The notes: generated from the sequence alone by a model not told the origin. DNA of 60,458 bases, filler included, from Bipalium vagum (GCA_037834085.1; 3 parts of 3 records of this genome joined end to end with filler, not necessarily neighbours in it); one strand, 5' to 3'. Shown: positions 26,267 through 40,425, numbered from the whole stretch's first letter. Program-made: numbers and translations.

Positions 26267-29200
26267 AAATCTCAATAGAAGTGGAGGAAGATATCCATTT
26301 TGATAATGACTTGCAAGAGCAAACGAGATTTTATTTTTTATAATTCGAGAAAAAGACGAAATGAATTCACATTTTTACGTTCTATCATTCCTTAAATAAA
26401 TTGATTTTACTTTTCCTTTTTTCAAAATAACGCACAAGAACAGACCTCTTGGAAGGGGAGCACATATAAAAAGTTGTTTTGGAAACGAGAAAATATTATC
26501 CTTACGTTGTATTTTAGGACATTTATCAAATAAAATACGAAGCCCTATCAAAAATCAATATTTGATATAACCATTTTCATTAATACCATTTTATCTTAAT
26601 CGCTTAAGTGTTACGATAAGTTTTGAGTGAACTGATTAATTTATTTTTTTTTTGAATTGATTTTTTTCTCATTTTTTGTCAAATTCTAACTGCGATGCAC
26701 TCCCGTTGCTCAGTGCCATTGATCCTGTGGATTTTTGCTTCCGTGACCTCCGCTTTCAAGGTGATTTTTCGCTTTATGCTTGTGTCAGTACTCATCTTTT
26801 ACGCTTGACCTTTTATTTTGTATACATTGTCATGAGGATGTTTTATTTAACATTTGTAAGCAGTTTTATAAATTTATATATATATTCTGAATATAAATGT
26901 TCATAGGTATAAAAATTATATATTTTATATTTTTATTTCGATCACTAGATAAATTCTTGAACTTTCGGTTTTCCACAAATTAGATTCAAGATGAATTTTT
27001 TTTATTTATTTTCATATTCTACGAGTTTTATTACTTTTTCCTTTATTGTAAAATATTTTTTTGTTCCTACTAAAGTGAAATAGAGGCGTGTTTTATACTC
27101 TTCACATAGTCTCTAGGCATTTTAAAAATAACTCTAAACCCTCTGTCATTAGAAACTTAATATAGTTATGATGTATTCATAATAGGAACTTTAAAATTTT
27201 CAACATTAATTTAATATAATATAAATAAAAAATTTAAATATAATCTTTTAGAGTAAAATGATAAGAGACCAGCATAACATGGTTCTTTTCAAATCATAAA
27301 ATTTATTATGAAGACTGAAATGGTGGTTTTAGAGATAATTAATGAACGTATATAAATATATTTATATAATTAATTTAATTAATTGTAAATTTCATAATTT
27401 TTCAAAAATATCGTTAGATAAGAACAAGGAACGTACGTTTCGAAAAGTTATCAGAATTATTGGACGAACTGAGAACTCTAAGAAATCTGGCAGGCTTTTG
27501 GTTTATAATGTTCCGCTTAGAACTTTTATGCTGTAAGTGCCAGTCTTTTGAATTTCTCTCAAGCTATCTTAGATTTCAAAAATGTTAGAATGTTGAACTT
27601 TTCTACACCCAAAGTTAAGTTTAGTATTGTCTTTAAAGTTTTTTAAATACTTATCTTATTCAAAAGGAATCTTTGAACATAAGTAAGGATTCTTAAATGA
27701 AAATTCACCTAAAATAAATGAACTTTCATTTAATAAATGTAAAAATGAAATATAGCCATATGATATTTGATGTTATTATTATGAATTTGAGAAAGTATTG
27801 AAAACAAGATTATTTTCAAATTTAAAATATTTTGGCGTATTTCTGTATGCTAAGTTTCTTGGATTATGTTTTAATGTCTGTTTTCTAACCCATCATAACT
27901 AACCATGTGTATTTTCCAATCCAAAAAAATATTTTAAAAATAAATCGATCCAATATTACAATTACTTTTCAAACATAAAAGATGAATTAAAACAATAGAA
28001 AGACAAATAATAAAAACAATTTATTTAATAAATCAAATATGACATTGGGATCTTTCTTTAGAAAATTTTGCCTCCTAGTCCATTTGAACAGGTAAAACTC
28101 CAGTACCATTCTACATATTCTCCTCAAAAATTTTGTCTTTCTTTTTAAAGTTTTCAATTATCTGGTTATTGACACCGGTTTCTTTGTTCACAAAATTATG
28201 TTTGTGATTGAATGTGCGATCAGTAACTTTTTATCCTTAGCTAATTGACAATAGGTTTTCCTTCTCATCACTTATTATACATGACCACGGCTCTTATAAT
28301 GGGTAACAAAGTGGCAAAAATATTTGAGCATGACTGAAATCGACCACTATCCCAAACACACATTGCATCATGTTTTTTTCATAACCCAATGATGATAAGG
28401 TTTTTTAATCCTTTACATTTGATCAAGTATTTTATCTAATCCAAGTGGGTTAAAAACTAAACATGATTCAGTTTCTCTAATAGTAGAGATATTTAAGGTT
28501 AAAACCCCTGAGACCTTACGGAAGAAGAATTTATAAAATTTATGTTCTTTTTTAAAACCAATTAAGAAAACGATTAACTAAAATAACAAACAGTTTATAA
28601 GTTATATTTATGATTATAATTACAAAAGTAAACGTATTGTACAAATTTAAAATTGATTATTATTTCAATTACTAACGACAATACCCCCCAAAGTTTCGAT
28701 CTTCCTATGAAATATTATTAATATCTCAGAAGTCCTTTAAGATTGTAAGTCGCTACCATAATAAGATGGGAACTACCAAAGCAAAAATAACTGGAGCTGA
28801 AACGAAAAGAAAACAAAAACATTTTTTAATCTTATTGTGTAGAGCCCTGATATTAATTTAAAGTAATTTGAATTAGTAGCTAATTTTTGCTGTTCCGTAA
28901 TCTATAATTTGAACAATTTTATAAAACTCAGTAATACACAATAACTGTTAAAATAATAATAAATAAATATAATTAAACAACGTTGTTCAGAAATTATTAA
29001 TAATTCTAACAAAAAATGATCAAATTAATATCACCAACAACAAAAGTCTTACTCTTACAATAAACATAAGACAATATCAGTTCTTGTTTTAATTTCGATA
29101 TTTTTCTGGCGTTCTTTTTTTTTTTATTTTTTGTGCCCTTTTCCTGAGAGTCCAGTGTATTTTTATTTACACACGTTATTAATAGTAACTAAATATTTTT

Positions 29201-30519
29201 TTTAATAATAATTATATTATTTTTTACACTTAAATTTAAATTTTTTTAGGTATTTTCTACTTCTAGTAACAAAATGTTTATATCAGAAAACATAAAACAG
29301 AATGGTTTTTAATCATAGTTTATACACTTTTATTTCTTGATTCACCATATTTAAATATTTTTGATTTTTCAAAACGGAGTTTTAGAAAAATTTAGAAATA
29401 CATAAATTTATTTTGATTTCAAAGTACCTAAAATTAATTGTTAATTACTTGGGTACTTCCTAGTCCGACTTCATCTTATGGTTGTGTTCTTATCCAAACC
29501 ACTACATCAAAAATATACGTAAAACAATAACTTTGATTAATTGCATAAAACTTTACACATTGAATCATTAATGACAATAAATCTGCGCTGGTTGCTATGG
29601 CTAATAAAGTTTCGTATAATAACTAAGAATGTCTAAAGCTTTTTTATTTTATTTTATTTTATAGATGATTTGGTTGGAGGAAAATGAAAAAAGTTGATCC
29701 GAAAGTCTATAGAATGTTAACTAAAGAACCAATATTATATCAATGATTTAAAACAAAACAAAAGAAAATAATATAATCAGGGTCAAACTGATTCAAATTT
29801 TCGCAGAATTAAAATAAATAATTTTCAGTTATTTAAAAATTTACTAAAATATTTAAAATAAGCATTGAATAAGAGAATTATAACCGGTGAAAAATTTGAT
29901 AAGAATGAAAATTTTAAGATTTTAATCATATTTAATAAAAAAATTTTAGATTTAAATTATAAAAAAAATTAATTAAAAATTATTGACATTATGTGAAAAA
30001 TGTGATTATTTAGAAATTCAGATGATTTCAACAGGTGTTCAACAATCTCATAACTTGTCTAGTCATTAATGTTCATCATCAAATAATACTTTAATATATG
30101 ATATTTTTATGTTAAGAAGGCAATTCTATTTGATTTGATCGCTTTAATGAATTGAGAAATAATTTTCATGAAATTTTCATGAAGACATTTATTCTCAATA
30201 GACATTTATCGGTACATACTGGAATATCTGATAAACTAAAAATATTAAACTGTGGCTTATGCTAAAATAAATTATGAATAAGCTGGGGTATAAATTGTCT
30301 TGACTTATTTAATAAGAGCAGAAATATAATTTTTCCAATTGCCCAAAGGGTTAATATTATTCTTAAAACAAATAATCAGATCATATTCGTCCCAGGAAAT
30401 CGCGGAGAAAGATTATAAATCTATTATAGAGTAAATTTGATTTCAATATAAAACATATTTTAATGCAAAAATATTTTAATGTATATTAATATTATGCACC
30501 ATCTTATTTTTCTATTTGT

Positions 30520-30900
30520 AACTAGGCGCAAGGTCTGGTGGGTGTCAGAGAGTTTCCTGTTCTAACTCCTGCAGTTGGAGCACCGTTCACATAATTCACC
30601 CATTGGTCAAGCTTTTGAACCTTATTAAATAACAAATAGACACTTATTGTAGGGATGGAGAAATTAATGAGTACTTTGAGATGGATTCTTCTCCTCTACA
30701 ACTTTCAGGTCAGCTTGGTTCACCTTCATCTTAGGTCGATCATGTGGAATATTTTGAAGAGAGAAATCTCCTTCATGGAACTTTTGAAACTATCGCTGCA
30801 CCATTAGTTCATTTTTGACCTTGGTCCCAACCCACATCACTCATATGTCGAAAGTTAACCTTGTAACAGTTTCACGATGGAACTCGTATTCAAAAATGAC
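30520..30900 (-). mobile_element. Decayed mariner remnant
   Basis: Minus-strand ETL*HPP/DLAPS motif at ~30520-30560. Confidence 0.5.
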
Positions 30901-31173
30901 ACTAATTTTCGAAATATCCATTGTTTAGAAATTTGCTCTAAAAATGCAATTTTATAATATAATCAGATATTTAAATATGCACTATAAAAAGTAATTACCT
31001 ATTTAACCAGTAAAACAAAAACAAATCCGACATTTCATACTTACAGGGTTATGCAGAAATATTTAGAAAAATATTCAAAATATATAGAAAATTATTCAGA
31101 AATATATGGAAAAAATATTCGATTGTTTCTGTTTGAATTTATTGTTTACCAAAATTTGTAAAAATCAAATAAG

Positions 31174-31395
31174 ATGGAAGAGGAAATAAAATGCATGATT
31201 ATTTTGTGTCGAAAGAGGCGAACCTCCATTAATAAAAATATCCTAAGAACAATCCGCCGAGATTTTGACAAAAATATACCGCTAAAGGTAATTTCAGAAA
31301 ATGCGGGTACAGCTGCAGCAACAACATATAATGCGATCAACAAAATATCTGAAGGATTGACCGACGAATAGATTTTATCAAATAAAAAAGGAAGA
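31174..31395 (+). mobile_element. Probable Tc1/IS630-like transposase N-terminal HTH fragment
   Basis: RKRRTSINKNILRTIRRDFDKNIPLKVISENAGTAAATTYNAINKI...*ILSNKKGR: HTH followed by a KKGR AT-hook-like linker, with an internal stop. Confidence 0.45.
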
Positions 31396-32099
31396 TAGTT
31401 AATATAAATAACTAAACATCTTTGTTTTTTCGACTGTATTGAAATGCATTATTTATGACACATAAAATTGTATGGAATAATGCCAATATCTTCTTACCAT
31501 TCAATTGGGTCTCATTCATTATTTATTAAACTTAGAAACTTTCTGTGATTCATTATATTGTATTATAAAATGCTATGTACAGTGATATTAAAATTTTTAT
31601 TTCAAAATTTAAAATTTAAACAAGCTTTTCTAGACCTTGCGGTTAACGAACTTATCATCATTGTTTCGTTGTGGTGTTGGGACTAGGAGAGTGGCAGGGA
31701 GACCAGTAGCCAGACATGTTCGTGTGTCTTGCGTCATATGTGGTAAGTATTTGGAGGAGGGATCATTTGATTGGATATTTCTCTGAAAATCAAGATTGTG
31801 AGTGTCTGTTTGTGAGTAAGTGTATTCAACATTGTCTGACTTTGTTGAATGTTTACTCATCATTCATTGGTGGAAGAAAAAATCATCGCCGTTGTTCTGG
31901 CATTTAAGGAATATGTCTAAATTATGGAAACTGTTTTACTGTTTTACTAAAGCTTGAATAGTTGAATTCTTATTTTTTAGAAGTTTTTATTTTATCATAA
32001 CGATAATATTATATATAATTTCAGTTAATTATTTTTTGTTAATACGATAATAATAATAAAGTATAAAAATAGTACATTATGACTACCACTTTCTATATA

Positions 32100-32680
32100 A
32101 AAAATAATTATTTTTATTTATGATTTTTAGGAAACTTAATCAATTTAATTATTCAGCTTGGGCGACCACGTCTGGGCCGAGCTGAATAATTAAAGTTCCA
32201 GGATTGACATTATACTAATGGAAAAAGGGCCACACAGAGATGAAGAGCTTGTGGGCTTAGCATTGAGAGTAGCTGTATGATCAATTATTCATTTCAGACA
32301 ACTAAGTTGGGTTGATGTGGATAATTGAAAGCTCCGAGTTACTACGTAGGAGAAGTAAGAAGAGGGAAGATATCCCTTTTGTGATTTATGATTAGCCGAT
32401 GGAGGAAAACTGAAGAGTATAAAGCAAATACCAGATTCTCTGCAGTCAGAACAAAATCAAGCAGAACAAAAAATTGGAGTTTAATCAAAAACAGAAACGA
32501 TCGAAAAAAGAGACAGTGAACCAAACGATAACAAAAATTAAAGGTAAACAGAAAATAATTTATTCTGAGTTTTGACTGAGATCAAAGACAAGAACGAAAA
32601 GAATCAAAGTGAAATTTTTGTTAAGTGATTTTTTGTCGTGAATAAATTGATTAGAACGAACCATTATTTTGACATTTGCA
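32100..32680 (+). mobile_element. Possible LTR fragment (distant relative of the solo-LTR family)
   Basis: Hairpin followed by ATTGACATT, as in the 17951 and 24135 LTRs. TATAAAG at ~32418 followed by CAGTCA; AATAAA at 32641. Ends and TSD not resolved. Confidence 0.4.
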
Positions 32681-34049
32681 ATCAAGATAATATTTAATTT
32701 GGTTAATATTTATTTGAAAATTAACATCATTATATATTTAAACAAATCCAAAATAAGAATTAAAGTGTTACTAATTAAGGTATTAAAATTATTTTCAATT
32801 AGCCTTCGTGCAAGAATATTTTAATTAGTTTAATAAAATTGAGTTTTTGATTACCTTTTTAAAAGTTTGGCTTATTTTCTAAAATTTTAATTTTTATCTT
32901 TTATAATCTAAAGGATTGTAATAATGACTATAATACTAATTTATTGTGATAATACCCTCAAAATATCTTTCGTATTATTTTCACGTTGGATATTGAATAT
33001 AATCAGAACTAAAAGCTCACCTTAGGCTTATAGAAAATATAGATTTTAGAATATCTTCTTTTGTAAAACTTTTCAAGTAAAGTGTGACACTGAAATTTGT
33101 TACTTGAAAATTTTGAAAATAGTAATTTATTTAGAAATAATAAATAATATAATATTTATATCACATATCTCATTGAAATCAATTTTTGTTATAGAAGATT
33201 ATCAGAAAAAATTTATTTTTTCATAAAATTTTTTTACAATCAATATTAAGGTATTTTTCAAAATTTAATGTTCGGTATTGCCCATAGAAACTGTTCGGAT
33301 GTAGTCAGCTTAAATGCCAAACTTGTAATTGGGAAATAGGGAAAAGCCGCGTTTTGTGAACTTATATGATTGAATAAAATATTTGATTAAAGAAATTTGT
33401 TATATTTAACTGATGCATTTATCAGTCAGAATAATAATTTTAAATTAATGTATCAAAATTATATAAATAAAATAAGTCATAATAAAAAAAACGAATTAAT
33501 ATACTGAATGCATATTAGAAATAATCTTTACAACATGTTGAACATCATGTCTAAATAAATGGAATTCGATCAGCAAAAAGAAACAGAATTTGAGACCTGA
33601 ATAAACCGGTATCTTTCATCAAATCAGACATTTCACTATTACAGTTATAACAGTCACCTAATCATGTTATCGACATTTGCATGATTTTAGGTGCTTATAT
33701 AGACAGGATTTGAATTATTATCGGATTTTATGTATTAAAATCGAACATTTTAGTTAAGTGGAAAGTATCCTCATTTTTAAAATTGTTAACTTTAAATGAA
33801 CAATATTTTCAAATTTATCGCTGTTTTAATAACATACTTATTGATTATATTTAGGTGAATATTTCAAGTAATAAAAATGCATTATTTTAAAAATCAAAAT
33901 TTTTGTTTTACAGTCTTTCTATGTCTAGAACTAGAAAAATGTTAAAAATTGGTACTTGTACGAATACCCTAAAAATCTACTACCAAACTAGCTGAAATTA
34001 ATATTGATATTTACAGGGCTTACAATTTATTTTAAAGAATTCTTAATGA

Positions 34050-34880
34050 AGCAAAATCTTTAAATATAAATATAAACCACTACAATTTACATAAAACATG
34101 CAAGATCACATGTTTTCTTTAAAAATGCTCTTTCCTCACCCATCTCAAAAAAATTGTCTTACATGCTGGAAAAATGCATTACAATCTTTAGAAGTTATCA
34201 GTCTTGCAGAATCATTGATATATCCATAATGCTCGTCAATTGTGGTCTTATTACGTTGAGTGACCCTTACAAAAAGTTTCTTAGATTAGATTTCATTATG
34301 GAAAATAGGGTGAGAGAGATATAAGCTAAAATTCATAGGTCATTATAAGATTCCATTGTTTTTACTTTTGTGGATAGGTCCATTATCCAACAGCCATTAA
34401 GATCCACTTACATACAACTGGTTTTTTTGGGTATCACATATATTGAATAAAAATAATAAAATAGTCAGACTGTTTTTCAATAATTGATTCTGGAGAATAA
34501 TACTGGTCCGGTTTTTAAATGTATTGTAACTGGAGATAAAAAAGATTTTATTTCATAATCCAAATAGAAAATTGACCTTTTTCAGTTAAATTAGACCAAA
34601 AGTCAACATCAAAGCCAGGTCTTAAGAAATCCATGGTCTCAATTTGGTGATATTGTGTTTTAATCTATTGAGAAGTCTTCAGATTGAATGCAGTTGGTGT
34701 TTTAACCTAATTATTGGGACCATTTGGATAAAATTACACGAGTACCGTATTAAAATGCACCCAACTTGTCAATTAAAAAACCAGGATTTTTCCAGAGAAC
34801 AACCGTAACCCACATATTTCAAAAATCACAACTAAATAAAATTAAAGATTTAGGATACGGTATAATGACTGACTAAAACA
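34050..34880 (+). mobile_element. Highly decayed mariner
   Basis: FLNCIVTGD-like motif at ~34510-34540 and MVSIW* at ~34633. Confidence 0.6.
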
Positions 34881-35817
34881 ATTACTAAGTTCGATCATTT
34901 TAAAATCATTTAATTTTCATTTACCATAAGCCTTGCCTGTTAGGCCTATAGGTTGTTTTCGACTCGAGAGTTTAGTTAACGTCTGATTAACATCTGAAGT
35001 TCAACGTAAAAGTGCCTTTGCATTATTTTATTCCTTTGGTAGACAGAATGTTATTGACACTATTTCGCCAAAGGTCTTGTTGGAACGAAACATAGTTATG
35101 GGAACGTGAGAGAAAGAACTGATTAAAACATTATTATTAAACTTGAATGAAAGTTAAATTATTAAAAATGTTACTTAAGATAAAGATTGTGATTAAATAA
35201 TATAAGATTTACCTTTAGTTTTTTATGAACAATTTATTTTTAAAACAAATTATTTTTGATTTCTGAATTTAAAAATGCTTAAATTATTTTTGTGTTTAAT
35301 TTTTTTAGCTTCAACAGAATCAACTCTGTCAAAAAATTAGTTTAAAACGTTTTCTTTTTTATTTAAAATCTGCCAATTATGAGATAATTAAAAATTAATA
35401 AATATTTGTTGATTTTTTTAAGTAGCTCGTTTATAAAATAAGAACAAAACAAAAAGAAAGACATTCTTAAATTAATATTAAATAATATAACAGAATTAAA
35501 TCTTATTTTTAATAATGATAAATGTCTGTCTCTTTTAAATATGATAATTATAAATAAATCTAAGTTGCAAACTAAATATGGGTGAAATTTTTTGCAATAC
35601 TAATGGAAAATATTATTTTATAAATGGAATATTATAAATAAAAAGAAGACGTTCTTTTGTTATTCAATTAATCACTTAATTATTATTAATTTTAATATAG
35701 AAAAATTTCATTTTTTTCCAAGTGTACGGATGTGGAAGTTGATTATCAATTTAGTGTTGCCAATGCTGAATTGAATTTCAGCTGTTCTGATTGGTTAAGA
35801 GAGAATTTCCTTTTTAG

Positions 35818-36751
35818 AATGGAAGCTCGTCAGTAGATTCAGTTAATAGTTCAATGCCAACAGATATGGCTCGATGTAGAATGTCCAGAGAACATTCTTT
35901 TGAAACCTATCTCAATGATTCTGAAAGGAGTTTACAGTCAAATATTCCCGATCCATTCTTGAATATAGCATGTCACTTTTGTTTAAAATTCTTTTCAGAT
36001 ACCAAGCATAACATCAAAAACTTTGACTATAGAAAAACATCTCAAATCGAAGAAGTGTGCGTTAATGGAGCACAGAATTGTGTTGAAAACGTTAAGAAAT
36101 GCTGTAAAGATGCTGCTTTATGTTGTGAGAAACAATTAAAAGAACTGCCCAATCCAAAGGGAAATTTTTGTCCAAGGATATGGAAAAAGCTGATTTGTAT
36201 AGATCCGGCACCAGAAAATGCCACCGTTCTCTACCACTGTTCCAAATTAATAAAGGATGGTATTGATGAAAGTGACTCGTTTAGTTTTAGCGTTGTCTTA
36301 TTATCTTGACATTTAGAATTCATGGCAATAGAGTGTCTAGCAACCAATACCAGTTCAATTGATCTACACTGGCATATAGAAGACAGTGAATGGTTAAAAT
36401 GTATAAGGGATGAAATATTAAATGTAAATCGTTTTTTTTTCGTTATTTATATTGATTATATTTTTTATAGGAATTATTGATTTTGAAGACCAAGCGCTTC
36501 TTACTTTTTGTCAGTCTATTCCTCTTACTTCTATCTATATTAGTCTTCATGACATTCAAGTTTCCTAATTTACTTTTTGACTGAAGACTGAAACCTGATT
36601 TATTTTATTAAGATCTCTCAGATCCCAGCTACGAATCAAAGTCCATATCAATTTATTTCTGTCCTTATCCTTCAGAACTGCATTTGAGCTCGCTATCACA
36701 TTTTATTTGATAGGCTTTTATTCCAACACGTCTAATAAAGATATCAAACAC
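35818..36751 (+). CDS. Class B1 (secretin/calcitonin-receptor-like) GPCR, partial: ectodomain to TM2
   Basis: In-phase exons 35818-36271, 36317-36423, 36471-36559 and 36613-36751, joined by 45-, 47- and 53-nt GT-AG introns. Hormone-receptor Cys pattern CPRIW...C...C...C...W...C; TM1 VSLFLLLLSILVF; ICL1/TM2 KSLRSQLRIKVHINLFLS (class B RxxxHxNLFxS). The start exon and TM3-7 were not found before the contig end. Confidence 0.9.
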
Positions 36752-36949
36752 GTAAGCGATACATTGATAAAAATTGAATGAATTCAGCTGTGATTTATAT
36801 TTATTATTTTTCGAATAAAAATTATACATTATTTGGTGTATAAAATTAGTTTTGAGGGGTTTTTGTGAATTAGAAGCTTTAATATGAAAAGTAAAACAAT
36901 ATATTCTATTCAAAATATTTTTCATCGCTAAGTATTACTTTCTCTCATC

Positions 36950-37341
36950 TCGATGGTAGCATATGAATACGCGACTTAAGAATTGTTTATCTTTGGAAGC
37001 AATCCAAAAATCTATCCATCTTGTATTCTTTGTAAGATTGGAAGTGTATATCAGTCAGGCAAACACTCATCGTTTGAAGAAGATGATACTCGGACGGATC
37101 ACTGTCTGGTTAATATGGCTGGTGATGTAATACATCCAACAGAAGCGCTTCTTTACAATTCGTGAAACGTGAACCATCTAAAACAGATGTCACATATTTT
37201 AATGGATGGCGTATGATCACCATACGTCTTCAACAACAATCTCTGAGACTTAACAGCACTTTTCTTTGACTTAAAGAAGAAACGAATTATTTCCCACAAA
37301 TGCCGTTTTGTTGGCACGTATTTCGACATTTGATTTTCCAA
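36950..37341 (-). mobile_element. mariner 5' remnant, Mos1/mauritiana-like
   Basis: MSKYVPTKRHLWEIIRFFFKSKKSAVKSQRLLLKTYGDHTPSIKICD closely parallels the Mos1 N-terminus. Confidence 0.85.
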
Positions 37342-38749
37342 AAAATTATTTATGGCTCATGTTTATTGATAATAATATTTATTTATTGATTCATAAATAA
37401 ATTTATTTATGACTCATTAATAGAAAACTATTACTATTTAATAGTATGTTGGGTTCGCCCAAAAGCAATTCCAAAAGGCATTCAGGAAAACGCTCCAAGT
37501 GTGTATTATCCATTAATTTTTACTGAAATTACTCGTAACAGTTGATCCATTTGATTTCAAATAACAGAAATTCGTGAATATGCAACATTCGATAATTGTT
37601 TTGATCACTGTATATCGTTAATAAAGTTTCATTGTTAACTGATTATTTTTCTTCATCTACAATTAGTGAGGGGAAAGAAAAAAACTCAAAAGTTTAAATT
37701 CCTACTACTCGTGTAGTTGACTATATTAACAGAATTAACTCCATCTATATGAAATCCCTCAAAACATATTTGTAAATCTATTAATAATTTAATATTAATA
37801 TTAATAATATAAAATTAAGAAATGTGTAAAACTTATTTTTTAATATATTTGGAACCGCATTTCCATTTATTTTTATTTTATCTTATGTTCATAAATAATC
37901 TCAAATTATATATTAATTTTATATTTTAGAAATATTGGCATCATAACTATATAATTATTAATTATAGATTGGTGTTCACGTAATTCATCAGCTAAAACAA
38001 TAAATAATATTTTCTCACCATAAAAATATTTTAACATTATTGAAATGATAATATTTATTTTCCATTGGTTCATTATTGTGATTCAGTTAAAAATAGTCAA
38101 AGTACACTTAAAGTATTTTAATTTTTTTTATTATAAAAATAATGAAAAGAAGATTAACAGTTAATTGAATTGGTTAATTAACTTGGAACCTGTTTACATG
38201 GCAAACGAAAGACATGGTTTTGGCAAAATTTTTTTTCCTTAATTGATTTTGATAATATTTAACTTAAAAATGAGAATACGATTATTGGTAGGAGTCGTAT
38301 ACGATAATGTTCTTGATATGATAGACTCGACATCAATATAGTACATATTACGAGGCATTAAAAAGAAAAGAATTAAGCCCAATTAATTACAGTTCATTGT
38401 TTCAATAAAATGTTAACGATAAAAATGAAAATCTGGCCGCAATTGGAAATTATTCTTTTAGGTGTGATAGATTTTGTAACTTTTTTTCTATATTTTTTGG
38501 AATTATTTTCTGAGAATTCATCATCTTTGCATAATTTTATTTACATTCTTTTTATGTATAATATATATGCTACTAATAATAATTTATAATATAATAATAA
38601 AATGATATATAATATAATATAATAATAATAATAAAATGATTAAACTATTTTAATTAACAAAATATCTTTGGGGCTTTCATTTACTTAATATAAACAAGAA
38701 AATAAAAATAAACAAAACAAGAAATGGTTTTGTTCATAATTCATTGCTT

Positions 38750-39291
38750 TTATAAATCATGACATGAGATCAAGATATTAAGCCTTTGAGTAAGTTAGGA
38801 GTCTCCTCCACATTATTATTATCTCCCTTATTATATAATAGTGAAGATAGCCCTGATAAAGTGAGCTCAATTATTTTTCATTGAGCTGAGTTTTTATTTA
38901 TGACAAAAATCCATAAAGATAGTCTTAACACAAGTTCTAATTCAAGAAAGGAGGAAGGGAAAGAGTTGTCAAGTTGACATAAAAATAAAATTTTCATGTT
39001 TTATAAACAATCATATTTGGAATTATTTCAGAATTTACAGAAAAATAAATATAATAACCAAGATTAGAAAAGTAAAATTCATAAAATATTTGAAGAAATT
39101 TTCGTCAAAATAATGGTCCTAGAAGACAGTGTTAAAATCAAGTATTACTATTAAAGTTGTAAATAATGGTGGACAATACGTAACTGATTGATCTTTTTAT
39201 TTATCATGAAGTAAACCTCTTTATTTTTGCTTAAATATTATTGAACCATAGATGATTAAGAAAACGAAGGAACTTATGCTTCAACCTATTA
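38750..39291 (+). mobile_element. Decayed mariner 3' end with TIR
   Basis: KVVNNGGQY-like C-terminus at ~39155-39180 and TIR aaggaacttatgcttcaacctatta. Confidence 0.65.
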
Positions 39292-40129
39292 AATAAAACA
39301 TTTCCTTAAGTGCCATTTTGAAACATGTAAAACAACTCTGATTTCTTACTGGCGTTGGCTTGAAGTAATTTAAAGGAAAGGGAAACTTTGTGTAATAATC
39401 ATGTCTGATTTTATAAATTTGGTGCGTAAAACCCTCTTATTAAAACAAAAAGAAGCTCATGGTTTAATTTAAAGTGGAGTAAATCAAGAAAAATTGGATA
39501 TTATTTAATAAATAAAAGAAGAATAAATAAAATATTGTAAACAATTTACATTTTATTTGCACCAGATTTTATCAATTTAATTGGAAATATTAAATATCCC
39601 AAAAAAGTCAATAAAGAAGCCTAAAAATTGCAAAATGTTTCATTACATATTAATATCTGTTATAATTACACTTTTTTTGTCTGTTTTGGATGTGAATTTA
39701 AAAATTATTGTTTTAGGGAAAATTATTTTATTTTTCTAAATTTCATTATTAGGGGAGGGGTCACGATAAAGTGATTCTGGCATATTTTATATATCTTAAG
39801 GTATTTAGAAAAAAATAATAAATTATTTATTAATTTTTAAAATTATATTCCATACTGATAAGCAAATACAAGCGTCTACTGACACGGGTTATGGGAATAC
39901 CAAATATTATTATTTATCAGATATCTTAGGAAAAAAAACTTCAATCAAAAATCAAATATAAACTTTTTATGTGCAAAGACGAAGGGAGACTGTAGTTTCT
40001 AAAGCGTATGAGAAATTTAACCTTGTCAGCTAGTCTGAATTCTTCTCTTATAAGACTCTTTAAACAAGTTTTTTTCCAGAGAAATTATATTTCTAGGAAA
40101 ACCATTTTAAGACATTCAGAGTCTAACTT

Positions 40130-40425
40130 GGCATTGTAAGATGGAGGAATTATGTCTTGGAATTCTTTAATTTTAAAATCAACTTTGAATAAATTTTATC
40201 AATTTTAAATACTGCATGTCACCAACTGGTTTTCATTTTATCCAAGTACCTTGACTTGTTTATCTGCCAATCAGCTTCACTGAACAAACCATGGTTGAAG
40301 AGAGTTTTCAGTGATTCAGATAATCCCGAAATGTCATTTTTTTACAGTGATGGAATAAAAAACATTGTCTCAAGTTTTCAACGTTGCTTTAATTGAAATG
40401 GTGCATATTTTGATCAAATAAATTA
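40130..40425 (+). mobile_element. Decayed mariner 3' fragment
   Basis: FFYSDGIK...QRCFN*NGAYFD C-terminal motif. Confidence 0.5.
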
